The notes beneath the pieces are model-generated. The model searched no databases, was not told the origin of the DNA, and was given only the letters and a program-made list of their open reading frames with translations. Of a stretch of DNA of 29,459 nt, positions 27,438-29,459 are shown piece by piece (positions within the stretch are counted from its first letter, which is position 1; every line of letters begins with the position of its first letter). The position numbers were made by a program, and so were the translations under genes. Source of the DNA: a virus (lineage: Duplodnaviria; Caudoviricetes); IMG/VR virus record IMGVR_UViG_3300037787_000049, positions 1 through 29,459 of that record, one strand, 5' to 3'.

Positions 27438-27890
27438 TTAGCAACATCCAGTTTTAGGAGAGCAGCAAGAACCCTGTTCCTGATCTGCTTTTTCAGGAAT
27501 GCCACACGCATCTTTGGCCAAGCAGTCTGTTTGCTTGTTCACCAAAACAAAATCTGTGCCGTCAAACATAAGGCCAAACTTGCCGATAGTGGATTGTTGA
27601 TATTCCACTTCAATATCTAGATCATCGGCATCACCAATGACTTTTTTAGAAATATCCAAAATGCTTAGAAACTTCTGTGGCGCAATGCGGTGGTCATAGT
27701 CTCCAGCTTCCCACAGCTGAAAATTGACAACCGTTTCTTTACGTTCCACACCACCGCAATCAATAAAATGCTTGGTGACAAGACCAACTTCAGTCACATG
27801 AAAGTGCTGAGGCACATATGAGTCGTCCGGCAGTTTGAAATTTACGGCTGACAATTCGGACAATGCTTTTTTAACGTCTGATAGTTTCAT
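27438..27890 (-). CDS. DUF6428-like Cys-rich ars-operon protein
   Basis: HFHVTEVG...FIDCGG...QLW...EVEYQ...TDCLA...CCSPKTGCC; likely ATG at 27890. Confidence 0.8.
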   Translation of the reverse strand: MKLSDVKKALSELSAVNFKLPDDSYVPQHFHVTEVGLVTKHFIDCGGVERKETVVNFQLWEAGDYDHRIAPQKFLSILDISKKVIGDADDLDIEVEYQQSTIGKFGLMFDGTDFVLVNKQTDCLAKDACGIPEKADQEQGSCCSPKTGCC

Positions 27891-27904
27891 GATGATTTCC
27901 CTTT

Positions 27905-28234
27905 CTAACAACAGGTTTTTTCTTTAATTTCAATGCGGCAGGTCATATCACTCTCTTTACAGCAATTATCAGTCAGGTATTGAATGGTCCCGACCAAGAC
28001 ATCGTAATTTGCACGATAGATGGTTGCTCGACCTTGCTTCTCGCTTTCGATCAACCCTGATTGGCGCAGTTTATCCAAATGAAATGACAGTGTTGCGTGC
28101 GGTAACCCAAGTTTTTCTCCAATAGCGCCCATCATGATGCCATCTGGACCTTTTTCCACCAGCAAGCGGAAAATATCCAAACGGCTTTCCTGAGCCAGAG
28201 CATCTAACGCACTTATAACATTTAATTTATCCAT
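27905..28234 (-). CDS. arsR: ArsR/SmtB family repressor (C-terminal CC type)
   Basis: ALAQESRLDIFRLLV, TLSFHL and LTDNCC motifs. Confidence 0.92.
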   Translation of the reverse strand: MDKLNVISALDALAQESRLDIFRLLVEKGPDGIMMGAIGEKLGLPHATLSFHLDKLRQSGLIESEKQGRATIYRANYDVLVGTIQYLTDNCCKESDMTCRIEIKEKTCC

Positions 28235-28270
28235 ATAACTAGATATATAGATATTTTAGAGATGCGTCAA
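28235..28270 (-). promoter_or_regulatory. ars promoter/operator
   Basis: TTGACG-17 bp-TATATC; imperfect inverted repeat ATATCTA-N6-TAGTTAT spans the -10; ATG follows 7 nt after the -10. Confidence 0.65.
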
Positions 28271-28324
28271 TGAAAAGAATAATCGCCGCAAAATATGCGG
28301 TGATTAAGTGCGATATTCACCGCA

Positions 28325-29074
28325 TCACCAAATCTTCTGGGCGATATAAAAGCCGTAGCTGTAGTAATTCTGATGCTTTTTATAAAGCGCAATCTCTGCC
28401 TTTTCAGCCTCAACAATGGCTCGAGCATCGTCAGAGTCATGCTTTGCAACAAAGCCGTCAAACGTGCTTTCCAAAGGCGTGTAGTAGTTCTGGGTCCAGT
28501 TGGATTCAGGCAATGGGAAATAGCCTTTAAGAACGAAGCCTTGTTCTTCCAAAATCTTTATTTTGTCAGATGCTGTTGCAATCTCAGGATACTCGGCATT
28601 CCAATGGCGCTGGATTTCTGTCGGGCGTTCGTTGGTCAGCCATGTGATTTCAGACGCTGCCAATATGCCGCCGGGCTTTAGGAAGCGCTTGAAATACTCT
28701 ACGCCTTTGGCAAAGCCCATATTATAAATAGCGCCTTCAGCCCAGATAACATCAAGGATTGCTTTTTCAAAGGGAAGTTCTTCCATTGAAACGGCCAGCG
28801 TTTTGATCTTATCCGCAACGCCACGTTTGCCTGCTTCCTCACTCAAGACATCAAGAAAATCCTGAAACAGATCAACCGCCGTAATAGTGGCGTTCAGGTT
28901 TTTGGCTAAGACAAGTGTTGAAGCTCCTGTGCCACAGCCGATATCGGCTATTTGAAGTGCCTGAGAGCTATTCATCAAACCTGCCAGCTGCATTGCCTGC
29001 TTGGTTTGCTCATCGCCACCCGGTCCTTGACGTTTGTTACCTTTGTGCAAATCAATCAGTAAGTCGTAGTTCAT
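28325..29074 (-). CDS. Class I SAM-dependent methyltransferase
   Basis: RQGPGG, ADIGCGTG, DVIWAEGAIY and LKPGG motifs; GGAGG RBS before the ATG at 29074. Confidence 0.9.
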   Translation of the reverse strand: MNYDLLIDLHKGNKRQGPGGDEQTKQAMQLAGLMNSSQALQIADIGCGTGASTLVLAKNLNATITAVDLFQDFLDVLSEEAGKRGVADKIKTLAVSMEELPFEKAILDVIWAEGAIYNMGFAKGVEYFKRFLKPGGILAASEITWLTNERPTEIQRHWNAEYPEIATASDKIKILEEQGFVLKGYFPLPESNWTQNYYTPLESTFDGFVAKHDSDDARAIVEAEKAEIALYKKHQNYYSYGFYIAQKIW

Positions 29075-29076
29075 TA

Positions 29077-29459
29077 TTACCTCCACAAATTACTGATGGG
29101 TACAGCCCACAGGTTCTGACCAAATGGTACGACATCTTTACCGCGATAAAGAACAATGCCGCAAACAAAATCATCACCTGTAATGCGTTGCAACTCTTCT
29201 AATCCCTTGAAATCTGATTTTGAAACGTTATCGCTTTTCTTCACTTCAACAGCGGTTAATTGCCCATTAGGTTTTTCTAAAACAAAATCAACCTCTTTGT
29301 CATCGCTGGTTCTAAAATGGAACAAATCCATCTTATCATCACGGAACGTGATAAGTTTGAGAAGTTCTGTTGCCACAAAGTTTTCAAGAACATGCCCAAA
29401 AAGCTGTGGTCTGTTTGCTTCAAGATCACTTAACTCGTATTGCAGTAAGTGGCAGAGCA
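29077..29459 (-). CDS. AAA ATPase / DUF4143 protein, C-terminal part (5' truncated)
   Basis: Frame is open to the window edge: FGHVLENFVATELLK...HFRTSDDKEVDFVLE...AVEVK (PD-(D/E)xK-like). Confidence 0.85.
   Translation of the reverse strand, partial: LCHLLQYELSDLEANRPQLFGHVLENFVATELLKLITFRDDKMDLFHFRTSDDKEVDFVLEKPNGQLTAVEVKKSDNVSKSDFKGLEELQRITGDDFVCGIVLYRGKDVVPFGQNLWAVPISNLWR

Noticed and set aside
28295-28325. 9-bp inverted repeat ATGCGGTGA/TCACCGCAT after the SAM MTase
   Set aside because: Long loop and weak U tract, too little support to call a terminator.
28325-29074. ArsM arsenite methyltransferase
   Set aside because: Only one Cys (in the SAM-binding motif), so the As-binding cysteines are missing. 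It also lies upstream of the ars promoter.
1-29459. CRISPR array, tRNA, rRNA or IS element
   Set aside because: No spaced direct repeats, RNA gene signatures or transposase seen by eye.

Overview
Most of the window (about 479-25984, minus strand) is the late region of a lambda-like siphovirus prophage. In transcription order it holds a candidate cos site, two DNA methyltransferase loci, small and large terminase, gpW, portal, S49 protease/scaffold, head decoration, major capsid, head-tail connectors, tail tube, tail chaperone with a -1 frameshift extension, tape measure, tail tip genes (including an RCC1-repeat protein), and holin-like and endolysin genes. Small AT-rich morons are inserted in it. 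The left edge is the C-terminal PIWI end of a prokaryotic Argonaute converging on the endolysin. The right end holds an arsenic-resistance operon (arsR-DUF6428-arsC-acr3), a SAM methyltransferase and the 3' end of an AAA/DUF4143-type gene. The most unusual element is a C5-cytosine methyltransferase locus read in two overlapping same-strand frames of about 400 codons each. One frame has motifs I-VIII and X. The other has five tandem TRD-like W-x-T modules plus motif IX. All family assignments come from motif recognition by eye, not from database searches.
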